A stretch of DNA of 64,000 nt from an uncultured Pelagibacteraceae bacterium (GCA_902551215.1 CACDCI010000001.1:6384-70383); one strand, 5' to 3'; positions 1 through 10,697 are shown, counted from the stretch's first letter. Numbers and translations: made by a program. Notes: generated by a model not told the origin, from the sequence alone.

Positions 1-891
1 TAATGCAGCAAAGAAACCATAAACTACTGTTGGTATTCCTGCTAAAATTTCAATAATTGGTTTTGAAATTCTTCTTACTTTAATTGAAGCATATTCAGCC
101 ATGTAAATTCCTGAAAATAGACCAATAGGAACAGCTACCAACATTGCAATAAAAGCTATGAAAGATGTCCCTGCAATTAATGGAATAAAGCCAAAAGCAT
201 CTTTTAACTCTTCAAATTCAGCTGCGGTTATTGATGAGGCATCTCTAACAAAGGCTCTTTGAGGACTCCAATTTGTACCAAATAAATAATCAAAAACATT
301 AATGACTGAAAAAAACTTGATACTTTCAAAAAGTAGAGAGAATATTATTCCAAGAGTTGTCAATATTGCTATTAAAGAGGATACAAACAATAAACCCTTT
401 AATATAACTTCCACATCGTCTCTAGCTTTACTGTTATTCTTTATTTTTTTTAGAGAGTAAATAACTGAGGCTATAATTATACCAAAAATTAAAACTACTT
501 TTGAATTTGTAAAAAGATTTATAAATTTTGCATACGCAAGAGCACTTTCTTTCAATATACTATCTATATCTCCAAAATAAGTACCTAAATGAATAGCTTT
601 AATTTTTTCATAAATTAAGTTTGCTTCATTTTTATCATTAAATGTTGCACCTTGATTTGCAGCTGTTTCAATGATTATGGATTTAATAATTACAGGTTCA
701 AATAATGACCAGACTAATAAGAATACTAATGCTGGTATTGAACACCATAAAACAAGATAGTATCCATAAAATTTTGGTAGTGCATTTAATTTGATATTAT
801 CTTTGATAGAAATAGTTTTAGTTTTTGATTTTCCATAGAAGAACAAAGAGATGGAAAATATAGTAATTAAAAATATTAGAACGATGTTCAT
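1..891 (-). CDS. pstC: Phosphate ABC transporter permease PstC, 5' part (runs off the window start)
   Basis: Translated by hand from ATG at 891: MNIVLIFLIT...FGTNWSP...FGFIPLIAGTSFIAFIAMLVAVPIGLFSGIYMAEYA...KPIIEILAGIPTVVYGFFAAL, the PstC signature. Lies downstream of pstS and is not in the ORF track. Confidence 0.93.
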   Translation of the reverse strand, partial: MNIVLIFLITIFSISLFFYGKSKTKTISIKDNIKLNALPKFYGYYLVLWCSIPALVFLLVWSLFEPVIIKSIIIETAANQGATFNDKNEANLIYEKIKAIHLGTYFGDIDSILKESALAYAKFINLFTNSKVVLIFGIIIASVIYSLKKIKNNSKARDDVEVILKGLLFVSSLIAILTTLGIIFSLLFESIKFFSVINVFDYLFGTNWSPQRAFVRDASSITAAEFEELKDAFGFIPLIAGTSFIAFIAMLVAVPIGLFSGIYMAEYASIKVRRISKPIIEILAGIPTVVYGFFAAL

Positions 892-916
892 TCGCCCTGA
901 GTGATATATTCTTAAT

Positions 917-934
917 GTTACAGAAATATTACAA
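917..934 (-). promoter_or_regulatory. Pho-box-like direct repeat upstream of pstC
   Basis: TTGTAAT-N4-CTGTAAC with 11-bp period; a candidate -10 TATCAC (906-901) lies 10 bp downstream. Confidence 0.6.
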
Positions 935-957
935 ATTAAATCTAAGATTGAATCAAT

Positions 958-987
958 AAAAAGGCCAGTTATTACTGGCCTTTTTTT
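958..987 (-). terminator. Intrinsic terminator hairpin between pstS and pstC
   Basis: GGCCAGT-4nt loop-ACTGGCC stem flanked by A and T tracts, 15 nt after the pstS stop. Confidence 0.8.
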
Positions 988-1002
988 GGGGATAAATTAA
1001 AG

Positions 1003-2031
1003 TTATTTTAACTTGATTGTATTAAGATCTACTGCAGCAGTTCTAGTAACTTTGTATTTATCTGAAGCTAAAGGAACAAGTCCTATTTCAGCTAAATAAC
1101 CTCTGTTACTCATTGCTTTTTTAGAAGTAAATTCTTTAAGAAACTCTTTAATGCCTGGAATTACACCAATGTGAGCTTTTTTTACATAAAAGAACAATGG
1201 TCTTGCAATTGGATAAGAATAATCCTGGATACCCTCTAATGATGGCTGAACACCATTAACAGATGATGCTTTGATCTTATCTTTGTTGGCTACTAAGTAA
1301 CTATAACCAAAAAAACCAAATGCATCAGGATTAGATGAAAGTTTTTGTACAATTAAAGTATCATTTTCACCAGCTTCAACAGCGTATCCATCTTCTCTAA
1401 TTTTAGCACATTCCTTTTTAGCTTTTTTACCTTCAGCATCATAAAGAGATTTGGCTGTTTTAGTGCATCCTTTAACCATAACTAATGAATTCCATGCGTC
1501 TCTAGTACCTGACGTTGGAGGTGCAACTAATATTTCAATCTTTTTATTTGGAAGACTAGCATCTATATCACTCCAATTTTTGTATGGATTTTCAACAAGT
1601 TTTCCATCAATGTCTACTTTAAGTGCTAAAGCTCTCCATAATTGTTCTTTTGTAAAATCTGCATCTGGAGCATCCACTGAATGTGCAAATGAAATACCAT
1701 CATTACCTATTACTATTTCAATAATTTCAGCAACTCCATTTTTCTCACATAAAGCTTTTTCTTTTGTTTTAATTGCTCTTGATGCATTAGTTATATCAGG
1801 ATGATTTGCTCCTACACCTGCACAAAACAATTTCATTCCTCCACCAGTTCCCGTACTTTCAATTACTGGTGTTTTGAATTTTCCACCCTTACCAAACTTT
1901 TCAGCTACAACTGTAGCATATGGGTAAACAGTAGAAGAACCCACAATTTTTATTTGATCTCTTGAGTAACTAGTTGTTGTAAAACTAAGAACTAAAAGAA
2001 ACCCTAATAAAATTTTTACTAATCTATTCAT
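1003..2031 (-). CDS. pstS: Phosphate ABC transporter substrate-binding protein
   Basis: Signal peptide; IVGSSTVYP, ESTGTGGG, SGTRD and YPIARPLFFY motifs; between phoR and pstC; SD AGGAG upstream. Confidence 0.93.
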   Translation of the reverse strand: MNRLVKILLGFLLVLSFTTTSYSRDQIKIVGSSTVYPYATVVAEKFGKGGKFKTPVIESTGTGGGMKLFCAGVGANHPDITNASRAIKTKEKALCEKNGVAEIIEIVIGNDGISFAHSVDAPDADFTKEQLWRALALKVDIDGKLVENPYKNWSDIDASLPNKKIEILVAPPTSGTRDAWNSLVMVKGCTKTAKSLYDAEGKKAKKECAKIREDGYAVEAGENDTLIVQKLSSNPDAFGFFGYSYLVANKDKIKASSVNGVQPSLEGIQDYSYPIARPLFFYVKKAHIGVIPGIKEFLKEFTSKKAMSNRGYLAEIGLVPLASDKYKVTRTAAVDLNTIKLK

Positions 2032-2090
2032 ATTTCTCCTTTTTTAGATTCGTTATGCATCAATAATTAAATCTGAATCTTAAATATTTT

Positions 2091-2119
2091 ATTAAAGGAA
2101 AGTTAAACTTTTGTTACAA
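2091..2119 (-). promoter_or_regulatory. Pho-box-like repeats upstream of pstS
   Basis: TTGTAAC, GTTTAAC and CTTTAAT at 11-bp spacing. Confidence 0.5.
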
Positions 2120-2139
2120 AGACTAACTTTTTAGTTGAA

Positions 2140-3297
2140 TCAAATTGAATTGAATTTCAGATCTATAGTGGTCCCTTGATTTTCTTCACTATTAATAATC
2201 ATTTCACCTCTATGTTGAGAAACAAGGTGTTTAACAATTGCAAGACCTAAGCCTGTTCCACCAACACTACGACTTTTGCTAGGATCAACAGTGAAAAATC
2301 TTTCAGTGATTCTATGTATAAATTCTTTAGGAATTCCTACCCCTTGATCTGATATCGAGACAATATTTAAATCACCCTCTTTTTTTGTAGCAATTTTAAT
2401 TTCTTTACCCTTCTCACTATATTTAATTGAATTATCAATGAGATTAGTAAAAATTTCTATTAATTTATCTCGATCACCAATGATTTTAAAATTCTCAGTT
2501 TTTTGTAAATTTAAATTTATATTGTTTTTTTTAACAATATTTTCATAAGTCTTCATTACATAATTAAGTACTTCTATTAAATCTATTTCATGGGTTGGTC
2601 TTATATGTTCTTGCAACTCAATCTTTGAAAGAGATAATAAATCTCTGATTAAATTTTCCATTCTTTCAGATTGGGAGGTCATTACTGGTAATAAATTAGT
2701 AACTTCAGAGTTCTTTTTTAAATCTGCATTATTTTCAAATGTCTCAAGTCCTATTTTGATAGATTGCAGTGGAGTTCTTAGTTCATGGGAAACATTTGCA
2801 ACAAAGTCTGATTTTAGTTGTTGAAATTTATGAAATTCAGTTAAATCTCTCATAAAAAGTAAGCAAGATGGCTCATCAAAGAATAAATTATGATTATCTT
2901 GGTAGATTGTTACATTCATTCTAAGAACTGAAGGATTTCTCAACTCTATTTCAAGATCATTAGAATTTTCTCCATTAAAAGCTTTCTCAATTGAACTTAA
3001 CAAGTCAGGATTTCTTAAAAATCCACTTATATTTTCATTCAACTTTGTTTGAAATCTTTTACTGGCTGAACTATTGCTAAATATTATTTCCTTGGATTTG
3101 TTTAAAATTATAATTCCCTCTGGAATGTAATTTAAAAGATTATAAATAGTTTCTCTATATTTCTTACTTTCATCTTCATCTAACTTATTATCTTCAATTT
3201 TAACTTCAGTATTAATACCTAAGACTCTTTCTTTTTTTAAAAGAAAAAATAACAAAATAGCTATTATGATTAACAAAACAAATGTTAAAAGTTCCAT
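2140..3297 (-). CDS. phoR: Phosphate regulon sensor histidine kinase
   Basis: N-terminal TM helix, PAS-like region, H-box DFVANVSHELRTPL, N-box NLIDNSIKYS, G-box SRSVGGTGLGLAIVKH; adjacent to pstS. Confidence 0.9.
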   Translation of the reverse strand: MELLTFVLLIIIAILLFFLLKKERVLGINTEVKIEDNKLDEDESKKYRETIYNLLNYIPEGIIILNKSKEIIFSNSSASKRFQTKLNENISGFLRNPDLLSSIEKAFNGENSNDLEIELRNPSVLRMNVTIYQDNHNLFFDEPSCLLFMRDLTEFHKFQQLKSDFVANVSHELRTPLQSIKIGLETFENNADLKKNSEVTNLLPVMTSQSERMENLIRDLLSLSKIELQEHIRPTHEIDLIEVLNYVMKTYENIVKKNNINLNLQKTENFKIIGDRDKLIEIFTNLIDNSIKYSEKGKEIKIATKKEGDLNIVSISDQGVGIPKEFIHRITERFFTVDPSKSRSVGGTGLGLAIVKHLVSQHRGEMIINSEENQGTTIDLKFNSI

Positions 3298-3302
3298 ATA
3301 AA

Positions 3303-3336
3303 ATTATCTCATTTAAATGTTACAGATTTGTTAAAA
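3303..3336 (-). promoter_or_regulatory. Pho-box promoter of phoR
   Basis: TTTTAAC-N4-CTGTAAC, then exactly 10 bp, then -10 GATAAT, then 5 nt to the ATG. Confidence 0.65.
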
Positions 3337-3384
3337 TATTTAAGTACTTGCTATTCACTATATAATTATTCCAAATAATTGGTT

Positions 3385-4233
3385 TTAATTATTTTTTACG
3401 AGGTATACAAAAATTAAAGAGGTGGCGAACATTATTAAGCTATAAGTAGCAGCTGGAATTACAAATGCTCCGCCACCGAATAATGTTGTACCAACAAAAA
3501 TGGCAAGTGTACCGTTCTGTAAACCACACTCTATAGCAATACATTTTTTTTGAGCATTTCCAGTAGCTAATAACTGAGCAACATAAAAAGCAACAATCAT
3601 CATAATAACGTTTAAAGCCAATGTAATAAGTCCAGCATCAGCAAAATAAGAAACTATATTGTCTTTTTCTGCTAAAATAGCTCCAAGCAAGACAATTATA
3701 AATAATCCTATTGAGATTTTTTTAGCTATTGGTTCAAATTTTATTGCTGCATTTGATGCAAATCTTCTAAATATCATACCTAGTATTACAGGAACTGTTA
3801 CAATCAAAAACATACTTATAGCCATACTTGTTAGAGAAATGTTTTGAGAAACAGTTTCTGAGCCTAGTAAAGACAAAGATGTAATAATAATAAACGGAAC
3901 TGTTAAAACACTTAAAAGACTTATGACTGCCGTTAATGAAATTGAAAGAGCCACATCCCCTCTGGCAAAGGACGTTAGTATATTTGAAGTTACGCCCCCT
4001 GGTGCTGCAGCAATAATCATAACACCAATTGCAAGCTCTGGAGAAATAGGCCAAACTTTAACTAAAATCAATGCAATAATTGGAAGTAAAATAATTTGAC
4101 TGATTGCTCCAACAAAAAAATCTTTTGGTTGTTTTAAAACTCTTAAAAAATCTGCTCCTGTTAATCCTAGACCTAAAGCAAACATAATAAATGCTAAAGC
4201 TATGGGTAAAAATATATCTGTTACTATGCTCAT
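3385..4233 (-). CDS. Bile acid:sodium symporter (BASS/SBF) family transporter
   Basis: Polytopic; MFALGLGL, APGGVTSN and IECGLQNG family motifs. Substrate unknown. Confidence 0.88.
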   Translation of the reverse strand: MSIVTDIFLPIALAFIMFALGLGLTGADFLRVLKQPKDFFVGAISQIILLPIIALILVKVWPISPELAIGVMIIAAAPGGVTSNILTSFARGDVALSISLTAVISLLSVLTVPFIIITSLSLLGSETVSQNISLTSMAISMFLIVTVPVILGMIFRRFASNAAIKFEPIAKKISIGLFIIVLLGAILAEKDNIVSYFADAGLITLALNVIMMIVAFYVAQLLATGNAQKKCIAIECGLQNGTLAIFVGTTLFGGGAFVIPAATYSLIMFATSLIFVYLVKNN

Positions 4234-4256
4234 AAAGTTCTTAAAATAACTTACAA

Positions 4257-5462
4257 TTATTTAATACGCCCGTAAACGTCTTGGAATCTAACTATATCAG
4301 TTTCTTTTAAAATAGGTCCAGTTTGAACTTCTATAATTTTAACTGGTTTTTTATATAGATTTTCTATTCTGTGTATAGAGCCAGTTGGAATAAACACAGA
4401 GTCGTTTTCTTTTTTAAAAAATTTTTTTCTATTAATGGTTATTTTAGGTTTGCCTTGCGTGATCATCCAGTGTTCAGATCTATGATGGTGTTTTTGTAAA
4501 CTTATAGATGATCTTGAATTAACAGTTAATTCTTTAACTAAAAAATTTTGTCCTTTAAACAAGTTAACATAACGACCCCAAGGTCTGTAATAAACGTTCT
4601 TTTTTTTGAAATATTTAGATTTATTTTTTTTGTAAATCTTTGAAATCTCTCTCCAACTGCCTAGATCTGACCAAGGTATATCTAATTTAATCGCATTAAT
4701 TTCTTTAGCTTTTTCCAAGATTGCATAATCAAATGATTTTTCAGTAACTTTTAAAAAAGAGGCTTTATTTAAATGATAAGTATTATTTTTAAGCTTAGCC
4801 TTTGAAACTGATTTTAGGCAATTTTTGTAAATATTTGGCTGATATTTTTTAAAATTATTTATTAATGAATCTTTTCGAATAAAAAACATTCCCGAATTCC
4901 AATAACCTTTTTTTTTAATAATTTGCTTAGCTTTATTTTTTTTAGGTTTTTCAATAAATTTTGTAACTTTGTTAATATTAGCTTTAATTTTTTTAGTTAA
5001 AAAATAACCATATTCACTTGATGGTTCAGTCGGTTTAATTCCAAAGATAAATATATTTTGGTTGGTTAAATTGTTTTTATTTTTGTTAATTGCTTTATTA
5101 AATAAGCTTACTTTTTCAATTAAATGATCTGCTGGTAAAAACATCAAAGGTTGCTTGTTTGGAATATCTTTGATTAATGCAGATGATAAAATAGCTGGTG
5201 CAGTGTTCTTTTTAGCTGGTTCTAAGATAATTTTATATTTTTTAAATTTAAATTTTTTTAGATAACTTCTTACTTTTTTTAAATATTTAAAGTTTGTGCT
5301 TATAATTGGATAGTCAAAAGTTGTCCCTTTAACTCTATATAAAGTTTTTTCTAATAAGCTCCATCCACCAAAATCTATAAATTGTTTAACTTGATTATTC
5401 TTTGATTGAGGCCAAAGTCTAGTTCCAGCTCCTCCACATAAAATAACAGGTCTTATTTTCAT
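4257..5462 (-). CDS. manC: Mannose-1-phosphate guanylyltransferase / mannose-6-phosphate isomerase (ManC-like, shortened)
   Basis: CGGAGTRLWP, NTAPA, PADH, FIEKP, WNSGMF and WSDLGSW motifs; C-terminal cupin YRPWG...SLQKHHHRSEHW...HRIEN. Confidence 0.85.
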   Translation of the reverse strand: MKIRPVILCGGAGTRLWPQSKNNQVKQFIDFGGWSLLEKTLYRVKGTTFDYPIISTNFKYLKKVRSYLKKFKFKKYKIILEPAKKNTAPAILSSALIKDIPNKQPLMFLPADHLIEKVSLFNKAINKNKNNLTNQNIFIFGIKPTEPSSEYGYFLTKKIKANINKVTKFIEKPKKNKAKQIIKKKGYWNSGMFFIRKDSLINNFKKYQPNIYKNCLKSVSKAKLKNNTYHLNKASFLKVTEKSFDYAILEKAKEINAIKLDIPWSDLGSWREISKIYKKNKSKYFKKKNVYYRPWGRYVNLFKGQNFLVKELTVNSRSSISLQKHHHRSEHWMITQGKPKITINRKKFFKKENDSVFIPTGSIHRIENLYKKPVKIIEVQTGPILKETDIVRFQDVYGRIK

Positions 5463-7180
5463 TAAATATCAGCGTAACACTTCACTTCATTTTTCTTACC
5501 GGGATGTGTCGGTGCACCCAAATAAGCTGGACCAACGGTTTGTGCATATTTCCATAAAGTTCCACTACCAAAATTTATTTTTCTTGGTTTCCATTTTTTT
5601 CGTCTAGTAATTAATTGTTTTTTCGATAATCTGACATTTATAGTTCCTTTTTTGGCATCTATATCAATTACATCTCCATTTTTTAATAAAGCAATTGGAC
5701 CTCCAACAGCAGCTTCAGGACCAACGTGACCTACACAAAAACCTCTTGTAGCACCTGAGAAACGTCCATCAGTTATTAAAGCAACTTTCTCTCCTTTGCC
5801 CTGTCCATAAATTGCACCAGTTGTTGAAAGCATTTCTCTCATTCCTGGTCCACCTTTAGGTCCTTCATAACGAATTATAATTATATCACCATCTTTATAT
5901 TTTTTATTCTTCACAGCACTATATGCAGATTCTTCAGTATCAAAGCATCGAGCTCTGCCAGTAAACTGTAATCTTTTTAATCCAGCAACTTTAACTATTG
6001 CACCATCTGGTGCTAAATTACCTTTAAGTCCAACAACACCTCCATCAGGAGACAATGGATTATTATATTTTCTTAAAACTTTTTGTTTTAAATTAAATTT
6101 AACATTTTTTAAATTTTCTTTCATGGTTTTGCCTGTAACTGTCATACAGTTTCCATGAATAAAACCTCCATCGTAAAGAGTTTTTAAAAGCATTGGCACA
6201 CCACCTGCCATCCACATATCTTTAGCAACATATTTTCCACCAGGTTTCAAATCTGCTAAGTATGGAGTTTTTTTAAATATTTTTGCAACATCCATTAAAT
6301 CAAATTTAATTCCAATTTCATTTGCTAATGCAGGTAGATGTAATGCAGCATTTGTAGAACCACCAGTGGCTGCAACAATAGTTGCTGCATTTTCTAAAGA
6401 TTTTTTTGTTACAATATCTCTTGGTCTAATATTTTTTTTTAACAAATTCATTACAGCTTTACCGCTTTGATAGGCATATTTATCTCTTTCTTCGTAGGGC
6501 GCCGGAGTTCCTGCTGAATAAGGTAAAGCTAAACCTATAGCTTCAGATACACAGGCCATAGTATTTGCTGTAAATTGCCCTCCACATGCACCAGCACTTG
6601 GACATGCTTTTAATTCTAATTTTCTAAGATCTTTTGCTGAAATTTTTCCTGTTGAATATTTTCCAACGCCTTCAAAAACATCTACTACTGTTACATCCTT
6701 TCCATTAAATCTTCCTGGCAATATTGATCCACCATAAATAAAAACACTTGGAACATTTAGTCTGACCATGGACATCATTAATCCAGGCAATGATTTATCA
6801 CAACCTGCAACTCCAACTAACGCATCATAACAGTGACCTCTTACAGTAAGTTCAGCTGAATCTGCAATAACTTCTCTTGAAATTAATGAAGATTTCATTC
6901 CTTCGTGACCCATTGCAATTCCATCTGTTACTGTAATAGTACAAAATTCCCTAGGAGTTCCATGAGAAGCGCTAACCCCTTTTTTTACCGATTGAGCTTG
7001 TCTCATTAAAGCAATATTGCAAGGAGCAGCCTCATTCCAAGTAGAAACAACACCAACGAAAGGTTTAGCTACGTCTTTTTCTGTTAATTTCATTGCATAA
7101 TAAAAAGATCTTTGAGGTGCTTTATCAGGACCCAAAGAAGTATGTCTGCTTGGTAATTTCTTCTTGTTAAATCTTGGCAT
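5462..7180 (-). CDS. ilvD: Dihydroxy-acid dehydratase
   Basis: [34 protein letters not shown] and LITDGRFSG motifs. Confidence 0.92.
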   Translation of the reverse strand: MPRFNKKKLPSRHTSLGPDKAPQRSFYYAMKLTEKDVAKPFVGVVSTWNEAAPCNIALMRQAQSVKKGVSASHGTPREFCTITVTDGIAMGHEGMKSSLISREVIADSAELTVRGHCYDALVGVAGCDKSLPGLMMSMVRLNVPSVFIYGGSILPGRFNGKDVTVVDVFEGVGKYSTGKISAKDLRKLELKACPSAGACGGQFTANTMACVSEAIGLALPYSAGTPAPYEERDKYAYQSGKAVMNLLKKNIRPRDIVTKKSLENAATIVAATGGSTNAALHLPALANEIGIKFDLMDVAKIFKKTPYLADLKPGGKYVAKDMWMAGGVPMLLKTLYDGGFIHGNCMTVTGKTMKENLKNVKFNLKQKVLRKYNNPLSPDGGVVGLKGNLAPDGAIVKVAGLKRLQFTGRARCFDTEESAYSAVKNKKYKDGDIIIIRYEGPKGGPGMREMLSTTGAIYGQGKGEKVALITDGRFSGATRGFCVGHVGPEAAVGGPIALLKNGDVIDIDAKKGTINVRLSKKQLITRRKKWKPRKINFGSGTLWKYAQTVGPAYLGAPTHPGKKNEVKCYADI

Positions 7181-9801
7181 TAAAGACTTTCAATAGTTAA
7201 AGTTATTTTTTGAATATCGTTTTTAAGATTACTATAGTTAGTTTTTTCTTGATCGACAATATTTTTTGGCGCTCTTTCAATAAAGCCTTTGTTATCTAGT
7301 CTTTGGGAAATTTTTGCAAGTTCCTCATCATATTTATTTTTTCTTTTAAGTAAATTTTCTTTAATTAAATTTAAATCAACAGTTTTATCAAAATATAACT
7401 TAAATAAATTGCCCCCAATAACTAAGGTTGCACCAGGTTTATTTTGATCCTTTTCAAAGAGATTATTAATACGTCCAAGTCTCTTAAAAATTACATCATT
7501 TTTTATGAAAAAAGACTTATTAGTAATTTTTTCAATAGAAACATCAATAAATGAGCCAGGATTTACATTTAATTCATTTTTAAAAGACCTAATTTCAGAA
7601 ATCATATTAATTATTTTTTTTACTTCTTTGTAGCTTTCATCTTTTTTTGACTTATCTTTTGGCCAATTTGCAAGCATAAGATAATTCTTTTTTTTATCAT
7701 CTAATTTATTTTTAAGCCAAATTTCTTCAGTTATAAAAGGGATAAATGGGTGCATTAATATCAAGATTTGTTTAAATATATAGCTTGAAACTGTTTTTAC
7801 TTCTTTAATATCTTTTTGATTATTTGAGTTAAGTATTGTTTTGGATAACTCGACATACCAATCACAATATGAATGCCAAACAAATTGATAAGCATTACGT
7901 GAAGCTTCATCAAATCTGTAATCTTTTATGTGTTTTTCAACTTTATTTTTTACTTCTAGTAATTCAGCATATATCCATTTATTAATATTAAGAGTAAGTT
8001 TTGGCAGTTTTGAGCTTTTATTAAAATTGCATTTATTCATAATTAAAAAATTATTAGCGTTCCATAATTTATTTAAAAAATTTCTATATCCTTTAACTCT
8101 ATCTTCAGAAAGTTTTACATCTCTTCCAGGAGATGCCATTGATAAAAGAGTAAATCTTAAAGCATCAGCACTATACTTTTTTATTAATTCAAGTGGGTCA
8201 ATAACATTACCTTTTGACTTAGACATTTTTTGTCCCTTTTCATCTCTAACCAAAGCATGAACATAAACATCTTTAAAAGGTTCTTTATTCATAAATTCCA
8301 TTCCAAACATAATCATTCGTGCTACCCAAAAGAAAATTATATCAAATCCTGTAACAAGTACTGTAGTTGGATAAAATTTTTTTAAATATTTAGTTTTATT
8401 TGGCCAGCCTAGTGTAGCAAACGCCCATAAACCAGAAGAGAACCAAGTGTCCAAAACATCTGGATCCTGGTGTAGTTGAACTTTTTTTTTGTAATATTTT
8501 TTTGCAACTTTTTTTGCTTCTGCTTCATTTGATGCTACAAATATTTTTTTATCTGGTCCGTACCAAGCTGGTATTTGATGTCCCCACCATAATTGTCTTG
8601 AAATACACCAGGGTTCAATATTGTTCATCCATTGAAAATAAGTTTTCGACCAATTGTTTGGGAAGAAATTAGTTTTTTTTTTTTTAACAATTTTTTTTGC
8701 ATTTACTGATAATTTTTTAGCATCTACAAACCATTGCTCAGTTAAAAAAGGTTCTATTATTGAGTTAGATCTATCACCATATGGAACTTTATTTTTGATA
8801 TTTTCTTCCTTTGCTAAAAGGTCTTTTTTTATAATTTCATTTAATATTTTTTTTCTAGCCTCAAAGCGATCTAATCCTATAAAGCCATCTGGTGCATTAT
8901 TGTTGATTTTTCCCTCATCAGTAAAAACATTAATAATTTTAAGTTTGTTTCTTTTGCCCACTTCATAATCATTAAAATCGTGAGCAGGAGTTATTTTAAC
9001 AGCGCCAGTTCCTTGATCTGGATCAGCATAATTATCCTCAATAATTTTAATCTTACGCTCAACTATTGGAACAATCGCAAATTTTCCAACTAAAGATTTG
9101 TACCTTGAATCTTTGGGATTTACAGCAATAGCAGTATCTCCAAGCATAGTTTCAGGTCTAGTAGTTGTAATAGTTATAAAATCTTTTGATCCTTCTATGG
9201 AATATTTTATATGATATAATTTTGAATTAACTTCTCTCTGATCAACTTCTAAATCTGAAATTGCAGTTTTTAAAACAGTATCCCAATTAATTAACTTCTC
9301 AGCTTTAAAAATTAATTTTTTTTTATAAAGATCAACAAAAACTTTAATTACTGATTTTGATAAATTCTCATCCATTGTAAATGCATTTCTCGACCAATCA
9401 CATGAGCAACCTAGTTTTTTGAGTTGATTAATAATCACATCACCATATTGTTTTTTCCATTCCCATACCTTTTTAGTAAATTTTTTTCTCCCAATATCAT
9501 TTTTACTAATATTTTCTAAAGATAACTTTCTTTCAACCAAAGCTTGGGTAGCGATACCGGCATGATCAGTCCCTGGCTGCCATAGTGTTTCAAAATTGTT
9601 CATACGGTGATATCGAACTAGTAGATCTTGTATCGAATTATTCAAAGCATGACCCATATGCAAGCTTCCAGTTATATTAGGTGGCGGAATTACTATTGAA
9701 AACTTCTTTTTATTCTTTATTGGTGTAAATAATTTATTTTTTTCCCAATAAGAATAAATTTTATCCTCTACTTTTGAATGTATATATTTATCTGAGCTCA
9801 T
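7180..9801 (-). CDS. valS: Valine--tRNA ligase
   Basis: [13 protein letters not shown] (HIGH), [29 protein letters not shown]-terminal coiled coil. Confidence 0.97.
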   Translation of the reverse strand: MSSDKYIHSKVEDKIYSYWEKNKLFTPIKNKKKFSIVIPPPNITGSLHMGHALNNSIQDLLVRYHRMNNFETLWQPGTDHAGIATQALVERKLSLENISKNDIGRKKFTKKVWEWKKQYGDVIINQLKKLGCSCDWSRNAFTMDENLSKSVIKVFVDLYKKKLIFKAEKLINWDTVLKTAISDLEVDQREVNSKLYHIKYSIEGSKDFITITTTRPETMLGDTAIAVNPKDSRYKSLVGKFAIVPIVERKIKIIEDNYADPDQGTGAVKITPAHDFNDYEVGKRNKLKIINVFTDEGKINNNAPDGFIGLDRFEARKKILNEIIKKDLLAKEENIKNKVPYGDRSNSIIEPFLTEQWFVDAKKLSVNAKKIVKKKKTNFFPNNWSKTYFQWMNNIEPWCISRQLWWGHQIPAWYGPDKKIFVASNEAEAKKVAKKYYKKKVQLHQDPDVLDTWFSSGLWAFATLGWPNKTKYLKKFYPTTVLVTGFDIIFFWVARMIMFGMEFMNKEPFKDVYVHALVRDEKGQKMSKSKGNVIDPLELIKKYSADALRFTLLSMASPGRDVKLSEDRVKGYRNFLNKLWNANNFLIMNKCNFNKSSKLPKLTLNINKWIYAELLEVKNKVEKHIKDYRFDEASRNAYQFVWHSYCDWYVELSKTILNSNNQKDIKEVKTVSSYIFKQILILMHPFIPFITEEIWLKNKLDDKKKNYLMLANWPKDKSKKDESYKEVKKIINMISEIRSFKNELNVNPGSFIDVSIEKITNKSFFIKNDVIFKRLGRINNLFEKDQNKPGATLVIGGNLFKLYFDKTVDLNLIKENLLKRKNKYDEELAKISQRLDNKGFIERAPKNIVDQEKTNYSNLKNDIQKITLTIESL

Positions 9802-9929
9802 TGATTAATATAAGTTTATAATTTAATAATATGAATTAACAATGATCAATTTGACTTTGAATTTAATGGACTAATTAGAAATATTTTATATATAAAGGTA
9901 TCTTAAATTGAATTATTATGAAATTACAT

Positions 9930-10003
9930 GGCAACGTGGCGGAATGGTTACGCAGAGGATTGCAAATCCTTCTATCCCAGTTCGATTCTGGGCGTTGCCT
10001 CCA
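9930..10003 (+). tRNA. tRNA-Cys (GCA)
   Basis: Acceptor GGCAACG/CGTTGCC, anticodon loop TTGCAAA, TTCGA T-loop, encoded CCA. Confidence 0.96.
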
Positions 10004-10053
10004 AAAAATGTGTTGTGTTAATTAAAAAAAAAAGTAAGTTCAGATTTTAATAT

Positions 10054-10129
10054 TCCTCGGTAGCTCAGTTGGTAGAGCAGTTGACTGTTAATCAATTGGT
10101 CGCAGGTTCGAGTCCTGCCCGAGGAGCCA
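10054..10129 (+). tRNA. tRNA-Asn (GTT)
   Basis: Acceptor TCCTCGG/CCGAGGA, anticodon loop CTGTTAA, GGTTCGAG T-arm, encoded CCA. Confidence 0.96.
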
Positions 10130-10133
10130 AAAA

Positions 10134-10505
10134 TTAACCCGTTTTGGACACAACCGTACCCAATGTTTGTAAATTTTTACTAAACTTTATTTTCTGATCT
10201 TCAGATAAATCAGAATAAAGTTTGACCAAAAAACTATAATTAACATTTGTCGGAGATTCTTTGGATTTCTCTACATTGATTAAATATTCTGAAAAATCTT
10301 CAAAAAAATAGTTAATTGGTACTTTTAAATAATTCGAAAGTTGTAATAATCTTATTGAACTAACTCCATTTGTTCCTTTTTCGTATTTTTGTATTTGTTG
10401 AAATGTTACGTTGATTGCTTTAGCCACTTTTGTTTGGGTCAAACCTAAAGCTAATCTTCTAAGTTTTAGTTTGCTACCCAAATGTTTGTTAAAATTTTCT
10501 TCCAT
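10134..10505 (-). CDS. XRE-family HTH transcriptional regulator (resembles the PraR/PhrR-like alphaproteobacterial subfamily)
   Basis: LGLTQTKVAKAINVTFQQIQKYEKGTN helix-turn-helix. Start placed at ATG 10505 behind an AGAGGGG SD rather than at the TTG at 10565. Confidence 0.85.
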   Translation of the reverse strand: MEENFNKHLGSKLKLRRLALGLTQTKVAKAINVTFQQIQKYEKGTNGVSSIRLLQLSNYLKVPINYFFEDFSEYLINVEKSKESPTNVNYSFLVKLYSDLSEDQKIKFSKNLQTLGTVVSKTG

Positions 10506-10697
10506 ATTAAGACCCCTCTTAATTAATATAAACGATATTGAACTATTTCTTTGGCCGCAGCGCAACCCCTAAAATTAAAAAAAATTAACCAGAATATGTC
10601 CTTGACATATAAGGATTTTTATTAATTGACTTTAAAAAAATCACTAAAATGGAGGTTGATAAGCTTTTTTTTTGTGTCAAAATTGCAAGAATTAAGT

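Noticed and set aside
9930-10133. tRNA-Cys/Asn pair beside an XRE gene as a possible prophage or island attachment site
   Set aside because: No integrase, no duplicated tRNA 3' end seen, and flanking genes are core; the XRE protein resembles a chromosomal alphaproteobacterial family.
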